Shown here: positions 12,690-23,217 of the stretch, in pieces
Layout: each line of letters starts with the position of its first letter
How positions within the stretch are numbered: the stretch's first letter is position 1
From: Thermomonas sp.
GTDB lineage: Bacteria > Pseudomonadota > Gammaproteobacteria > Xanthomonadales > Xanthomonadaceae
DNA: 64,000 nucleotides
NCBI RefSeq assembly: GCF_023953935.1
Contig: NZ_JAMLIW010000008.1
Span: 26,067 to 90,066, forward strand
Reading direction: 5' to 3'
Translations under genes and position numbers: made by a program
The notes under the pieces: generated by a model
What the model saw: the letters and a program-made list of their open reading frames with translations, nothing else
What the model was told of the DNA's origin: nothing
The model's database searches: none

Positions 12690-13808
12690 TCAGCCCGCAG
12701 CCAGCACCCGGCCAATCCCGGCGACATGCAGGGCGGCGGTCACCGCCTGCAACTGCAAGGCATCGACACCGCGGTCGAAACCGAAGCGAAAGTGCAGTTC
12801 GCCGGCCCGGGTCCGCGAGGAATGCAGGGAGGCGATGTTCACCCCATGCTGTTCGAATACGTGCAACAGCGCGCGCAGCGAGCCGGGTCGGTCGCGCGGC
12901 AGGTAGACGCTCAGGCTGCACGCATCGGTCAGATCCGCCAGCAGGTAGCCCACCCGTTCGAAGGTGTCGTTGCCCGCCGCCAGCGTCTGCGCGCCAAAGG
13001 CTGCACGCCCGCCACCGAGCACTTCGTCGCGGAAGCGCGCGCGGGCAGCCTCATCGCCCTGCTCCACCAGCCCGGCGATCCGGTCGAGCTGGGCGGACAA
13101 CCGCCGCAATACTTCCGGAACGTGGGCATTGCCGAACTGGATGTCTTCGTAGATCGCCGGATTCTGCGACAGAATGCGGGCGGCAATCGCCACATCCAGC
13201 TCGAATGCCGCGCTGCGCAGCGGCAACAGCGCGTCCAGATCGCCGAGCGTGACCGCGTTTTCCCGCAGCACGCCGGCCTGGGCCAGGTGGGTGGCATGCA
13301 CCATCGCCTGCACCAAGGCCATGGCGCGGTCGTGTTGCTCCGGCTCGACTTCGACGCACTGGGCTTCCAGCGCCGCCAGCAGCGCTTCCAGCCACGGCGT
13401 CCAGCGCTCCAGCCGCGCCCTGCACACCGCCAGCACCCGGCCCTTCAACGTGGGCGATTTCGGGGGCGCGGTCAGCGGATGCAGGCCCGCGACCTCCGCC
13501 CTCGACGCAAGCATGGCCGCCACTGGCGCGGCCTTGATTGAAGTGACGTCCAGCCACAGTCGTCCGGCTTCACGGCCGGCCGCGCGCGCCGCCCAGTCCC
13601 GGATCAGCGGGGCGGTGATCCGGATCGGCGCCGAGAACAGCAGCACATCGGCACGCTCCAGCAGTACCTCCGGGTCATTGGACTCCGGGTCCGCCGGGTC
13701 GTGACCCAGCACCTCCAGCCCCATGCGCTGCGCGAAGAACGCCTGCAGCCAGCGCCCGTAGGCGCCGGCGCTGCCGACGATGCCGATGCAAGGAGAATTG
13801 AAATCCAC
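12690..13808 (-). CDS. tyrA: prephenate dehydrogenase with C-terminal ACT domain
   Basis: 372 aa, GTG start. Rossmann motif IGIVGSAGAYG, a prephenate-DH-like core, and a C-terminal ACT-like segment (LSVYLPRDRPGSLRALLHVFEQHGVNIASLHS). Confidence 0.7.
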   Translation of the reverse strand: MDFNSPCIGIVGSAGAYGRWLQAFFAQRMGLEVLGHDPADPESNDPEVLLERADVLLFSAPIRITAPLIRDWAARAAGREAGRLWLDVTSIKAAPVAAMLASRAEVAGLHPLTAPPKSPTLKGRVLAVCRARLERWTPWLEALLAALEAQCVEVEPEQHDRAMALVQAMVHATHLAQAGVLRENAVTLGDLDALLPLRSAAFELDVAIAARILSQNPAIYEDIQFGNAHVPEVLRRLSAQLDRIAGLVEQGDEAARARFRDEVLGGGRAAFGAQTLAAGNDTFERVGYLLADLTDACSLSVYLPRDRPGSLRALLHVFEQHGVNIASLHSSRTRAGELHFRFGFDRGVDALQLQAVTAALHVAGIGRVLAAG

Positions 13809-13964
13809 GAGCGCGCCTGCTGCGGGGGCTTGCGGATTCTGCCAGAAGCCCCGTGCGCTGCGCCCGGATCGGCCAGGCCAGCCTCCGCCATGACAGGGAC
13901 GAACGCTTTGCGAGGTGCGGGATCAAGTTGCGGCGGCGTGGCCTGCCGTTGTTTCCAGCAGCCT

Positions 13965-15095
13965 TCAGGACACCATCCGGTCCCAGAAGCCCTTGACGCC
14001 ATCGAGGAAGGTGCTGGATTTCGGTGAATGGCGGCGGGCGCCATCACCGACAAACGTCGTCTCGAATCTCTCCAGCAGCTCGCGCTGTTCGCCGGTGAGG
14101 TTGACCGGGGTTTCCACCACCACCTTGCAGTAGAGATCGCCGGGCTGGCGGCTGCGGACCGATTTGACCCCTTTCTCGCGCAGGCGGAACACCTTGCCGG
14201 TCTGGGTTTCGGCGGGGATGCGCAGCTCGGCCGCGCCGCCGAGGGTGGGCACCCGGATCGCATCGCCCAATGCCGCCTGGGAAATCCTGATCGGCACCTC
14301 GCAGTGCAGATCGTCGCCGTCTCGTTCGAAGATGGCGTGCGGGCGCACCCTCACTTCGACATACAGATCACCCGGCGGAGCGCCCGTCGGACCGGCTTCG
14401 CCCTCGCCGGCCAGCCGGATGCGGTCGCCCACGTCGACGCCGGCAGGAATCTTCACCGCCAGGGTCTTGTCTTCCTGCACCCGCCCATGGCCGTGGCACT
14501 CATGGCAGGGATTGGCAACGGACTTGCCGGCGCCATTGCACTGCGGGCACGGCGTTTGCATCACGAACGGACCGCGCTGCATCCGCACCTGCCCGCGCCC
14601 CTGGCAGGTGCTGCAGGTTTCGATCACGCCATCTTCGGAACCACTGCCCTTGCAGCGCCCGCACTGCGCGAGCGTGGGCACGTGGATCTGCTTTTCGACC
14701 CCGGCGACGGCCTCTTCGAGGTCCAGCTCCAGCACGTAGCCGACATCGGCACCGCGGCGCGGGCCGCGTTGGCGCCCGCCCCCGCCGCCGAAGATATTGC
14801 CGAAGATGTCGCCGAAGATATCGCCCATGTCGGCGAAACCCGGGCCGGGATTGCCGCCGCCCATGCCCTGCTCGAACGCGGAATGGCCGTGCTGGTCGTA
14901 CAGGCGGCGCTTGCCGCCGTCGGACAGCACCTCATAGGCTTCCTTGCATTCCTTGAACGCCGCTTCGGCGCCCTTGTCGCCCGGATTGCGGTCCGGGTGG
15001 TACTTCATCGCGCAGCGCCGGTAAGCCTTCTTCAGCTCTTCCTCGCTGGCGTTCTTGGCCACGCCCAGGACGTCGTAGTAATCGCGTTTGGTCAT
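13965..15095 (-). CDS. dnaJ: molecular chaperone DnaJ
   Basis: 376 aa with J domain ([10 protein letters not shown]), G/F-rich linker and four CxxCxGxG zinc-finger repeats. Confidence 0.97.
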   Translation of the reverse strand: MTKRDYYDVLGVAKNASEEELKKAYRRCAMKYHPDRNPGDKGAEAAFKECKEAYEVLSDGGKRRLYDQHGHSAFEQGMGGGNPGPGFADMGDIFGDIFGNIFGGGGGRQRGPRRGADVGYVLELDLEEAVAGVEKQIHVPTLAQCGRCKGSGSEDGVIETCSTCQGRGQVRMQRGPFVMQTPCPQCNGAGKSVANPCHECHGHGRVQEDKTLAVKIPAGVDVGDRIRLAGEGEAGPTGAPPGDLYVEVRVRPHAIFERDGDDLHCEVPIRISQAALGDAIRVPTLGGAAELRIPAETQTGKVFRLREKGVKSVRSRQPGDLYCKVVVETPVNLTGEQRELLERFETTFVGDGARRHSPKSSTFLDGVKGFWDRMVS

Positions 15096-15100
15096 GGAAA

Positions 15101-15256
15101 CGTGATTCGTGATTCGTGATTGGTGATTGGAAAGAGCAAGATCAAGAGCGAGGGCAATGGCGGGGATTGGCGGGGCGTGGTGGAAAAAGCGGAGCCGGGA
15201 CTCCGCTTTTTCGAATCACCAATCACCAATCACCAATCACGCACCGATCACGAATC
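15101..15256. repeat. heptamer-repeat inverted repeat: (CGTGATT)3 GGTGATT at 15101-15130 facing (GAATCAC)(CAATCAC)3 at 15213-15240, with degenerate units continuing into the dnaK stop codon
   Basis: Read directly from the sequence. The arms are complementary over at least 15 contiguous bp (GTGATTGGTGATTGG / CCAATCACCAATCAC), or ~25 of 28 in full register. Confidence 0.85.
15184..15211 (-). terminator. rho-independent terminator hairpin in the dnaK-dnaJ spacer (symmetric A-tract/T-tract)
   Basis: aaaaaGCGGAGccgggaCTCCGCttttt. 6-bp GC stem with a T-run on the transcribed (minus) strand, 36 nt downstream of the dnaK stop. Confidence 0.7.
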
Positions 15257-17176
15257 CCGGCTCTTGTCGTCCTTGACCTCGGTGAACTCGGCATCGACCA
15301 CGTCGTCGCCGGACTTGGCCTGCCCTTGGTCACCGCCGCCGGCCTGCGCCTGGCCGGCTGCCGCAGCGGCGGCGAGCAAGGCCTGGCCGGCTTCTTCCAG
15401 CGCCTTGGCCTTGGCTTCGATCTGGGCCTTGTCCTCGCCCTTGATCGCCACTTCGAGTTCCGCGATCGCCGATTCGGCGCGGCCGATGGCATCGCCCGGC
15501 AGCTTGTCGCCGTTGTCCTTGATCGTGCTGCGGGTGGCGTGGATCAGGCCGTCGGCCTGGTTGCGCGCCTGCACCAGCTCGTGGAACTTCTTGTCTTCCT
15601 CGCGATTGGCTTCGGCGTCCTGCACCATGCGCTGGATCTCGTCATCGGACAGGCCCGAGCCGGCCTTGATCTCGACCTTCTGCTCCTTGCCGGTCTTCTT
15701 GTCCTTGGCCGTCACGTGAACAATACCGTTGGCATCGATGTCGAAGCTGACCTCGATCTGCGGCATGCCGCGCGGCGCCGCGTCGATGCCGGTCAAATCA
15801 AAACGGGCCAGCGACTTGTTGTAGCGGGCCTGCTCGCGTTCGCCCTGCAGCACGTGCACCGTCACCGCATTCTGGTTGTCCTCGGCGGTGGAAAACACCT
15901 GCGAGGCCTTGGTCGGGATGGTGGTGTTCTTCTCGATGATCTTGGTCATCACCCCGCCCAGGGTTTCGATACCCAGACTCAGCGGCGTCACGTCCAGCAG
16001 CAGCACATCCTTGACGTCGCCGGCCAGCACGCCGCCCTGCACGGCCGCGCCGATGGCGACGGCCTCGTCCGGGTTCACGTCCTTCTTCGGTTCCTTGCCG
16101 AAGAACTCGGCCACCGCCTGCTGCACCTTGGGCATGCGGGTCTGGCCGCCGACCAGAATCACCTCATGGATGTCGGAAGCGCGCAGGCCGGCGTCGTTCA
16201 ACGCGATGCGGCAGGGCTCGATGGTCTTCTTGACCAGGTCCTCGACCAGCGCCTCGAGCTTGGCCCGGGTGAGCTTGATGTTGAGGTGCTTCGGGCCGCT
16301 GGCATCGGCGGTGATGTAGGGCAGGTTGACGTCGGTCTGCTGGGCGCCGGAAAGCTCGATCTTGGCGCGTTCGGCGGCGTCCTTCAGGCGCTGCAGGGCC
16401 AGCGGGTCCTTGCGCAGGTCGAAGCCGTCGGACTTCTGGAATTCCTCGACCAGATAGTCGATGACGCGCTTGTCGAAGTCCTCGCCGCCGAGAAAGGTGT
16501 CGCCGTTGGTGGCCAGCACCTCGAACTGCTTTTCGCCGTCGACATTGGCAATTTCAATAATCGAAACGTCGAAGGTGCCGCCGCCGAGGTCGTACACCAC
16601 CACCTTGCGATCCTTGCTGTCACCCTTGTCGAGGCCATAGGCCAGCGCGGCGGCGGTCGGCTCATTGATGATGCGCTTGACGTCGAGGCCGGCGATGCGG
16701 CCGGCATCCTTGGTGGCCTGGCGCTGGCTGTCGTTGAAGTAGGCCGGCACCGTGATCACGGCTTCGGTGACGGTCTCGCCAAGGTAGGCCTCGGCGGTCT
16801 TCTTCATCTTCTCCAGCACCTTGGCCGAGACTTCCTGCGGCGCCAGCTTGCGGCCGTCGGCCAGCTCGACCCAGGCATCGCCGTTGTCGTGCGCGGTGAT
16901 CTTGAACGCCGCCACGCCGAGATCCTTTTGCACCTCGGCGTCGGTGAACTTGCGGCCGATCAGGCGCTTGACCGCGTGGAAGGTGTTCTTCGGATTGGTG
17001 ACCGCCTGGCGCTTGGCCGCTGCGCCCACCAGCACTTCGCCGTCCTTGGTCCAGGCCACCACCGACGGCGTGGTGCGGTCGCCTTCGCTGTTTTCGATGA
17101 CGCGCGGCTTGCCGTTTTCCATGATGGAAACGCAGGAATTGGTGGTGCCCAGGTCGATGCCGATGATCTTGCCCAT
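15248..17176 (-). CDS. dnaK: molecular chaperone DnaK (Hsp70)
   Basis: 642 aa; [16 protein letters not shown].., [10 protein letters not shown] and the remaining Hsp70 signatures. Confidence 0.98.
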   Translation of the reverse strand: MGKIIGIDLGTTNSCVSIMENGKPRVIENSEGDRTTPSVVAWTKDGEVLVGAAAKRQAVTNPKNTFHAVKRLIGRKFTDAEVQKDLGVAAFKITAHDNGDAWVELADGRKLAPQEVSAKVLEKMKKTAEAYLGETVTEAVITVPAYFNDSQRQATKDAGRIAGLDVKRIINEPTAAALAYGLDKGDSKDRKVVVYDLGGGTFDVSIIEIANVDGEKQFEVLATNGDTFLGGEDFDKRVIDYLVEEFQKSDGFDLRKDPLALQRLKDAAERAKIELSGAQQTDVNLPYITADASGPKHLNIKLTRAKLEALVEDLVKKTIEPCRIALNDAGLRASDIHEVILVGGQTRMPKVQQAVAEFFGKEPKKDVNPDEAVAIGAAVQGGVLAGDVKDVLLLDVTPLSLGIETLGGVMTKIIEKNTTIPTKASQVFSTAEDNQNAVTVHVLQGEREQARYNKSLARFDLTGIDAAPRGMPQIEVSFDIDANGIVHVTAKDKKTGKEQKVEIKAGSGLSDDEIQRMVQDAEANREEDKKFHELVQARNQADGLIHATRSTIKDNGDKLPGDAIGRAESAIAELEVAIKGEDKAQIEAKAKALEEAGQALLAAAAAAGQAQAGGGDQGQAKSGDDVVDAEFTEVKDDKSRDS

Positions 17177-17240
17177 GGTGATGCCCTCTGAAAATTCGTG
17201 TTGGTCCGTATCGGGTTCGGCGCTGCGCGCCGCTGGTTGC

Positions 17241-17272
17241 TATCTGGGGTTGCCGGCCTGCGCCTTCAAGGG
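17241..17272 (-). promoter_or_regulatory. sigma-32 (RpoH) heat-shock promoter of dnaK
   Basis: Minus strand reads CCCTTGAAG-gcgcaggccggcaa-CCCCAGATA, against consensus CTTGAAA-N13-15-CCCCATNT. Located ~60 nt upstream of the dnaK ATG. Confidence 0.6.
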
Positions 17273-17290
17273 CGGCCGTTCAGACCGCCG

Positions 17291-17836
17291 TCATTCGTGC
17301 CTGGCGACGATGACCAGCGCCGGCCGCAGCAGCCGCCCGTTGAGCAGGTAGCCTTTCTGGAACACGGTGATCACGTGGCCCGGGGCAACGCCCTCGGCTT
17401 CGCCCTGACTGATTGCCTGGTGGAACTGCGGGTCGAATGCTTCGCCCGCCGGGTTCACGATCTGCATGCCGTTGTCGCCGGCCACCTTGAGCAATTGCTG
17501 CTGGGTCAACTCCAGGCCCTGGCGCAGCGGCGAATGGGCGTCGTCCACGCTTGCAAGTCCGGCATCGAGGCTGTCGAACACCGGCAGCAGGCTGCCCAGC
17601 AGGCGTTCGTTGGCGAACTTGCGGGCGTTGTCGATGTCACGCTCGATGCGCTTGCGGCGATTTTCCAGATCGGCCAGGTCGATCAGCTTCTGTGCTTCGA
17701 GCTGCTCGATTCTGGCGCGCAGCGCCTCGAGTTCATCCACCGGCTCCATTGCGGCCGGTTCGTTGCTGTCTTGCATCGGATCGTTGCTCATGTCCACGGT
17801 TCGATTTCGCGGCCACGCCGCGCCCGAACCCGTCAT
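17291..17836 (-). CDS. grpE: nucleotide exchange factor GrpE
   Basis: 181 aa with GrpE coiled coil plus C-terminal beta domain ([36 protein letters not shown]). The start could instead be the internal ATG at 17788. Confidence 0.92.
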   Translation of the reverse strand: MTGSGAAWPRNRTVDMSNDPMQDSNEPAAMEPVDELEALRARIEQLEAQKLIDLADLENRRKRIERDIDNARKFANERLLGSLLPVFDSLDAGLASVDDAHSPLRQGLELTQQQLLKVAGDNGMQIVNPAGEAFDPQFHQAISQGEAEGVAPGHVITVFQKGYLLNGRLLRPALVIVARHE

Positions 17837-17842
17837 GGGGGC

Positions 17843-18895
17843 TCAAGGTTCGGGAATCAAGGCGGCCCCGAGCGCGGCGGCGGTCGCCTCGACCACCGGG
17901 ATCACCCGCTCGTAGGCCATCCGGCTGGGCCCGATCACGCCGACCACGCCCAGCACCCTGCCCTCGCTGCCGTAGGGCGCGCCCACCAGCGACATGCCTT
18001 CCAGCGGCGCCAGCCCGGTTTCCTCGCCAATGAAGACCCGCATCCCCGGCGCCTTCGCGATCTTCTCCAGCAGTCGCAGCAGTTCGCGCTTTTCCGAAAA
18101 CGCCTCGAACAGGGCGCGCAGCTGCTCCAGGTCGCTCAAATCCTGCAGGCCCATCAGCCGGGTCTGGCCGGCCACCAGCATGTCGCCGCTTGCTGCCGGT
18201 GCGAACGCCTGTTCGGCAAGATCAATCGATGCCGCCAGCAGCCGGTCCAGCTCGCTGCGAGCATCGCGCAACTGGCCCAGCAGCACTGCCCGGATCCGCT
18301 CCAGCGGCATGCCGGCGAAATGGGTGTTCAGGTAATTGGCCGCCTGCTCCAATTCGGACGGCGTCAAGGCACGTCGCACCGGCACGATGCGGTTCTGGAT
18401 CTCGCCATCGGCGAACACCAGAATCGCCAGGACCCGCTGCGGATCCAGCGCCACGAAATCGATCTGGCGGAACGCGAAACTCTCGCGCTTGGGTACGCTG
18501 ACCATGCCGGCAAAGCGTGTCATCGTGGTCAACAGTTCGCTGGCAGTGCCCAGCAAGGCCTGGGTGCCGGCGCCGGCGGGCAGCTCGTGGCGCAGGTGTT
18601 CGACCTCATCGACAGGCAGCGGCTTGAGCTGGAGCAGGGAATCGACGAACAGGCGGTAGCCCTGCGCCGTCGGCACCCGTCCGGCCGAGCTGTGCGGCGC
18701 CGCCAGCAGGCCGGCGTCCTCCATCGATGCGAGGATGTTGCGGATGGTCGCCGGGCTGACATCCAGGCCGGCATGCCGGGCCAGGGTCTGCGAGCCCACC
18801 GGCTCGCCGCTGCGGATGTGGCGGGCCACCAGTGCGCGCAGCAGCTGGCGCGCGCGTGGGTCGAGGGCGATGTCATCGCGGTGGTGTCGGGACAT
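17843..18895 (-). CDS. hrcA: heat-inducible transcription repressor HrcA
   Basis: 350 aa; N-terminal winged helix (LLRALVARHIRSGEPVGSQTLA) and a typical HrcA C-terminus. First gene of hrcA-grpE-dnaK-dnaJ. Confidence 0.93.
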   Translation of the reverse strand: MSRHHRDDIALDPRARQLLRALVARHIRSGEPVGSQTLARHAGLDVSPATIRNILASMEDAGLLAAPHSSAGRVPTAQGYRLFVDSLLQLKPLPVDEVEHLRHELPAGAGTQALLGTASELLTTMTRFAGMVSVPKRESFAFRQIDFVALDPQRVLAILVFADGEIQNRIVPVRRALTPSELEQAANYLNTHFAGMPLERIRAVLLGQLRDARSELDRLLAASIDLAEQAFAPAASGDMLVAGQTRLMGLQDLSDLEQLRALFEAFSEKRELLRLLEKIAKAPGMRVFIGEETGLAPLEGMSLVGAPYGSEGRVLGVVGVIGPSRMAYERVIPVVEATAAALGAALIPEP

Positions 18896-18983
18896 GCCAC
18901 GGTTGTATGCGCAGCGGCGGCATCGTGCAAGTCATTGCGCAAACGCTATCCCCGCACGGCTTGCACAGGCACAATTCCGACCC

Positions 18984-20642
18984 ATGCTGCTGCGCCTGTC
19001 CATCCGCGATTTTGCCGTGGTCGCCCACGCCGAACTGGCCTTCGCTGCCGGGCTGACCGTCATTTCCGGCGAAACCGGCGCCGGCAAATCCCTGCTGGTC
19101 GATGCGCTGGGCTTCCTGTCCGGTGCCCGCGCCGACGCCGGCGCGGTGCGCTTCGGCGCGCAGCGGGCTGAATTGAGCGCCGAGTTTTCACTGGCCGACT
19201 GCCCCGAGGCCGCGCGCTGGCTGCAAGCCGCCGCGCTGGATGAAGACCAGACCTGCCTGCTGCGCCGGGTGCTGCATGCGGACGGCGGTTCCAAGGCCTG
19301 GATCAATGGACGACAGGTGGCGCTGGCGCAACTGGCCGAGCTGGCCGGGCTGCTGGTGGAAGTGCATGGACAACACGCGCAGCAAGCGCTGCTGGTGCGC
19401 GCCCGGCAAACCACGCTGCTGGACGCCTGCATCCGCCAACCCGACCTGCTGCAGAACACCCGCACCACCGCGGAGCGCTGGAAAGCCCTGCACGCGGAGC
19501 GCAACGCCCTGCTTGCACGCGGTGACGTCGGCGAACGCCAGCGCTGGCTGCAATTCCAGCTGGAGGAGCTCGATGCCCAGCCGCTGGCCGCGGACGCCTT
19601 GGCCGAGCTCGACGCCAGCCATCGCCGCCACGCCCATGCCGCCGCGCTGATCGCGGTGTGTGACGATGCTCTGGAGACGCTCGCCGGGGAAACGTCGGTC
19701 GGTTCGCGCGTGCAGCGCCTGCGCCACGGCCTGCAACGCGAGGCCAGCCACGAGGCGCGCCTCATCGAAGTCGATGCCCTGCTCGATTCCGCCAGCATCC
19801 AGCTCGACGAAGCGACCTCGCTGTTGCAACGCATCCGCGACGACCTCGACCTCGATCCGGATGCATTGGCCGATCTGGAGCGCCAACTGACCCGCGTGCA
19901 GGACCTCGCGCGCAAGCATCGGGTCGCGCCGGACCAATTGCAGGCGCAGCGCGATGCACTGGCCGCCGAACTGGAATCACTGACCGATGCCGATACCAGG
20001 CTGCGTCGCCTCGAGGCCGATATCGCCGCCGCGCACGCCGCCTGGACGCAAGCCGCCGCGCGCCTGGGCGCAGCGCGACGCGACATCGGCGCGCGAATGT
20101 CGGAAGCGGTCACCGCCCTGATCGCCGAGCTCGGCATGCAAGGCGGCGTGTTCGAGATTCAGCTCGAACGCAATCCCGACGCGCAGCCCGACCCCAACGG
20201 CAGCGAACGCGCCGAATTCCTGGTTTCCGCCAATCCCGGCCAGCCGCCGCGCCCGCTGCGCAAGATCGCGTCGGGCGGCGAGCTGTCGCGCATCTCGCTG
20301 GCCATTGAAGTCGCTACCCAGGGCCAGGACGCGGTGCCGACCATGGTGTTCGATGAAGTCGATGCCGGCATCGGTGGCGCGGTCGCCGCGGCGGTCGGGC
20401 AGATGCTGCGAACGCTGGGCAACGACCGGCAAGTGCTGTGCGTGACCCACCAGCCACAGGTCGCCGCCGCAGGCCACGCCCAGTACGCGGTCAGCAAGGC
20501 CGCCAGCGAAGGCATCACCCAGTCCGCGGTGGTCGCACTCGACGGCGCCGGCCGGATCGAGGAGATCGCGCGCATGATCGGTGGTGCGGACGTGAGCGAC
20601 GAAGCCCGCGCCGCGGCGCGACGCTTGCTGGACGCGCATTGA
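18984..20642 (+). CDS. recN: DNA repair protein RecN
   Basis: 553 aa from the ATG at 18984 (MLLRLSIRDFAVV..GLTVISGETGAGKS). SMC-like coiled coil and a C-terminal signature region. The track ORF start at 18735 overlaps hrcA and is rejected. Confidence 0.93.
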   Translation: MLLRLSIRDFAVVAHAELAFAAGLTVISGETGAGKSLLVDALGFLSGARADAGAVRFGAQRAELSAEFSLADCPEAARWLQAAALDEDQTCLLRRVLHADGGSKAWINGRQVALAQLAELAGLLVEVHGQHAQQALLVRARQTTLLDACIRQPDLLQNTRTTAERWKALHAERNALLARGDVGERQRWLQFQLEELDAQPLAADALAELDASHRRHAHAAALIAVCDDALETLAGETSVGSRVQRLRHGLQREASHEARLIEVDALLDSASIQLDEATSLLQRIRDDLDLDPDALADLERQLTRVQDLARKHRVAPDQLQAQRDALAAELESLTDADTRLRRLEADIAAAHAAWTQAAARLGAARRDIGARMSEAVTALIAELGMQGGVFEIQLERNPDAQPDPNGSERAEFLVSANPGQPPRPLRKIASGGELSRISLAIEVATQGQDAVPTMVFDEVDAGIGGAVAAAVGQMLRTLGNDRQVLCVTHQPQVAAAGHAQYAVSKAASEGITQSAVVALDGAGRIEEIARMIGGADVSDEARAAARRLLDAH

Positions 20643-20676
20643 GCTCCAGCGCCGGCGCCTGTGCGACCATGCCGGC

Positions 20677-22125
20677 ATGCCCGCCTCCTTCCTGTTCTAC
20701 GACCTCGAAACCTTCGGCAGCAATCCGCGGCAAACCCGGATCGCCCAGTTCGCGGCGATTCGCACCGACCTGGACCTGAACGAAGTCGAGCCACCGATCA
20801 GCTTCTTCGTGCAGCCGGCCAATGACCTGCTGCCCTCGCCGGAGGCGACCCTGGTCACCGGGATCACGCCGCAGGACGCGCTGCGTGACGGCGTGATCGA
20901 AGCCGAAGCCTTCGCCCGCATCCTCGACGAGATGGGCCGCCCGCAGACGTGCAGCCTCGGCTACAACTCGATCCGCTTCGACGATGAGTTCATCCGCTAC
21001 GGCCTGTATCGCAATTTCCATGAACCGTATGAGCGCGAATGGAAGCACGGCAATTCGCGCTGGGACCTGCTCGACGCGCTGCGGCTGATGCATGCGCTGC
21101 GCCCGGACGGCATCCATTGGCGAGCGCGCGACGACGGCAAGGGCACCAGCTTCAAGCTCGAACACCTGGCCGAGGACAACGGCCTGCGCGTTGGCAGCGC
21201 GCATGAGGCGTTGTCCGACGTGCGCGCGCTGATCGGTCTTGCCCGCCTGTTCAAGCAGGCCCAGCCCAGGTTGTGGGACTACGCACTGCAGCTGCGCGAC
21301 AAGCGTTTCGTCGCGTCCCTGCTCGATGTCATCGGCATGACGCCGCTGCTGCACATCTCCCAGCGCTACCCGGCCACGCGCCTGTGCGCCGCGCCGGTGC
21401 TGCCGCTGGTCGTGCATCCGCACTATTCCACGCGCACGATAGTCATTGATCTCGATGCCGAACCGGATGACTTGCTGGCACTGGACGCCGACACCATCGC
21501 GGCACGCCTGTACCTGCGACAGGACGCGCTGCCGGAGGGCGCAACCCGAATCCCGCTGAAGGAAGTCCACGCCAATCGGTGCCCGGCGCTGGTGCGTTGG
21601 GATCATCTGCGCGCGGCGGATTTCCAGCGGCTCGGCATTGATCCGGAAATCGTACAGGCCCGCGCGGTGCGCTTGCGGGCCACCGCCCCCGCATTGGCGG
21701 AAAAACTGCGCCGCGTGTATGCACGCACCCGCCAAGGCGCAACAGCGGACGCCGATGCCGCTTTGTACGACGGCTTCCTCGGCGATCCCGACAGGCGCTT
21801 GCAGGCGCAGATACGCGTCACCCCACCGCAACGCCTCGCCAGCGCGCACTTCCCGTTCCACGATCCGCGCCTGCCGGAATTGCTGTTCCGCTACCGTGCG
21901 CGCAATTGGCCGGAGGCGCTGTCGGCAAGTGAGTCCGAACGCTGGGATGCCTATCGTCGGCAGCGCCTGCTGGAAGATTCCGGCATGTCGGAACTGACGC
22001 TGGCGCAATTCGATGCGCAGCTTGCGGCACTGCGCGTGCAGCGCGCGGAGGATGCCCGCGCGCTGGCCTTGCTCGATCGGCTGCAGGATTGGGGCGCCCG
22101 TGTCGGGATGGCGCTGGGTCGCTGA
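20677..22125 (+). CDS. sbcB: exodeoxyribonuclease I
   Basis: 482 aa with the DEDDh ExoI N-terminus (FLFYDLETFG..GYNSIRFDDEF..HEALSDV). Confidence 0.9.
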   Translation: MPASFLFYDLETFGSNPRQTRIAQFAAIRTDLDLNEVEPPISFFVQPANDLLPSPEATLVTGITPQDALRDGVIEAEAFARILDEMGRPQTCSLGYNSIRFDDEFIRYGLYRNFHEPYEREWKHGNSRWDLLDALRLMHALRPDGIHWRARDDGKGTSFKLEHLAEDNGLRVGSAHEALSDVRALIGLARLFKQAQPRLWDYALQLRDKRFVASLLDVIGMTPLLHISQRYPATRLCAAPVLPLVVHPHYSTRTIVIDLDAEPDDLLALDADTIAARLYLRQDALPEGATRIPLKEVHANRCPALVRWDHLRAADFQRLGIDPEIVQARAVRLRATAPALAEKLRRVYARTRQGATADADAALYDGFLGDPDRRLQAQIRVTPPQRLASAHFPFHDPRLPELLFRYRARNWPEALSASESERWDAYRRQRLLEDSGMSELTLAQFDAQLAALRVQRAEDARALALLDRLQDWGARVGMALGR

Positions 22126-22334
22126 CAGGCATTCCGGACGCGGATCAACGCGGACAGGCGCGGATCGATCCGGAGCGGGCTGAGCTGTATCTCCCCCCTT
22201 CCCATCCATGCCGCACTGCGACATGACAAGGCTCTATACGCGTGCGTATGCTGTCCATACCGCACCGTGTGGGACGGTGATGGTCGTCCGCCGCAGGCGA
22301 TCCAGCGGCATCGCAGAAACCCGGGGGGGATTCC

Positions 22335-23207
22335 ATGCGTAGATTCGCGTTCGGCGCGCTGTTGGCGTGCGCCGCCTTGTTTGCCGCCACGCCGGCGCTG
22401 GCCGCCGATGTGACGGGCGTCGCTTTCGTCCACGGCACCGGCCACCAGACCGACGCCTACAACGACTACTGGCAGCCGACCATGGTCAACAACGTTCGCG
22501 GCGGCCTGGCCAATCCGGCCAATTACACGGTGATCAACTGCGACTTCGAGCAGTACATGTGGGACAGCCGCGCCGCCGGTTGCCTCGCCACCCAGCTCAC
22601 CAGTTTCATCAACGCCAAGGGCATCACCCGGCTGATCATCATCACCCACTCCAACGGCGGCAACGTGATCCGCTGGATCATGTCGAACCCGACCTGGGAC
22701 AGCCGCTATCCCAACATCATCAGCAAGATCGTGCGCGTCAACGCGCTGGCGCCATCGTCAACGGGCACACCGCTGGCGGATGCCACCATCAACGGCAATG
22801 TGTTCGAAACCTCGCTGGGCTGGCTGCTGGGCTACAAGTCCGACGCGGTGCGCCAGCAGCAGGTCAGCTGGATGGCCTACTACAACGGCAACTACCTGTA
22901 CGGCACCAGCGGCCGCCCGTCGCTGCCAAAACTCTTCCGCAGCGTGGTCGGCACCGATGTCGAAACCGCGGTCTGGGATTCCGACAGTTATTGCGGCGGC
23001 TACACGCTCAACGTCGGTCTGGAAATCACCCAAGCCTGGCTGGACTCCTGCTCCGACGGTTTCCTCAACTGCAGCAGCCAGTCGGGCGCCGGTTCGGTGT
23101 GGTTCAAGGACAAATCGCGGATGGCCGGCGGCGAGCCGCTCAGCCACAACCAGAGCCGACGCGCCTGCTTCGGCCTGGACACCATCCTCCGCAATGACAT
23201 GAAGTGA
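22335..23207 (+). CDS. secreted alpha/beta-hydrolase (lipase/esterase-like)
   Basis: 290 aa. Signal peptide MRRFAFGALLACAALFAATPALA, VHGTGH then a nucleophile elbow ITHSNGG. Cys-rich C-terminus. Confidence 0.65.
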   Translation: MRRFAFGALLACAALFAATPALAADVTGVAFVHGTGHQTDAYNDYWQPTMVNNVRGGLANPANYTVINCDFEQYMWDSRAAGCLATQLTSFINAKGITRLIIITHSNGGNVIRWIMSNPTWDSRYPNIISKIVRVNALAPSSTGTPLADATINGNVFETSLGWLLGYKSDAVRQQQVSWMAYYNGNYLYGTSGRPSLPKLFRSVVGTDVETAVWDSDSYCGGYTLNVGLEITQAWLDSCSDGFLNCSSQSGAGSVWFKDKSRMAGGEPLSHNQSRRACFGLDTILRNDMK

Positions 23208-23217
23208 GGCCACGACC

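Noticed and set aside
15101-15240. Possible CRISPR array or satellite, suggested by the regular repeats in the dnaK-dnaJ spacer; the same question arose for the 78-nt repeats at 63809..64000.
   Set aside because: The heptamers have a 7-nt period with no spacers and form an inverted repeat. The 78-nt units are in-frame coding repeats. Neither has CRISPR repeat-spacer architecture, and no cas genes are present.
18735-18983. Upstream extension of recN (track ORF starts at 18735); likewise the extensions 52991..53122 (patatin), 54352..54432 (phasin), 57146..57427 (phasin-like), 33379..33786 (ACAD), 43239..43406 (FKBP), 48223..48294 (aroA) and 51741..51809 (serC).
   Set aside because: The extensions overlap neighbouring genes or promoters and translate to Arg/Pro-rich junk. 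Each is followed by an internal ATG or GTG with a ribosome-binding site and the N-terminus expected for the family.
18896-18983. Searched the hrcA-recN divergent spacer for a CIRCE element (TTAGCACTC-N9-GAGTGCTAA) and for a LexA box upstream of recN.
   Set aside because: No convincing match to either consensus by eye, so no regulatory site is reported here.
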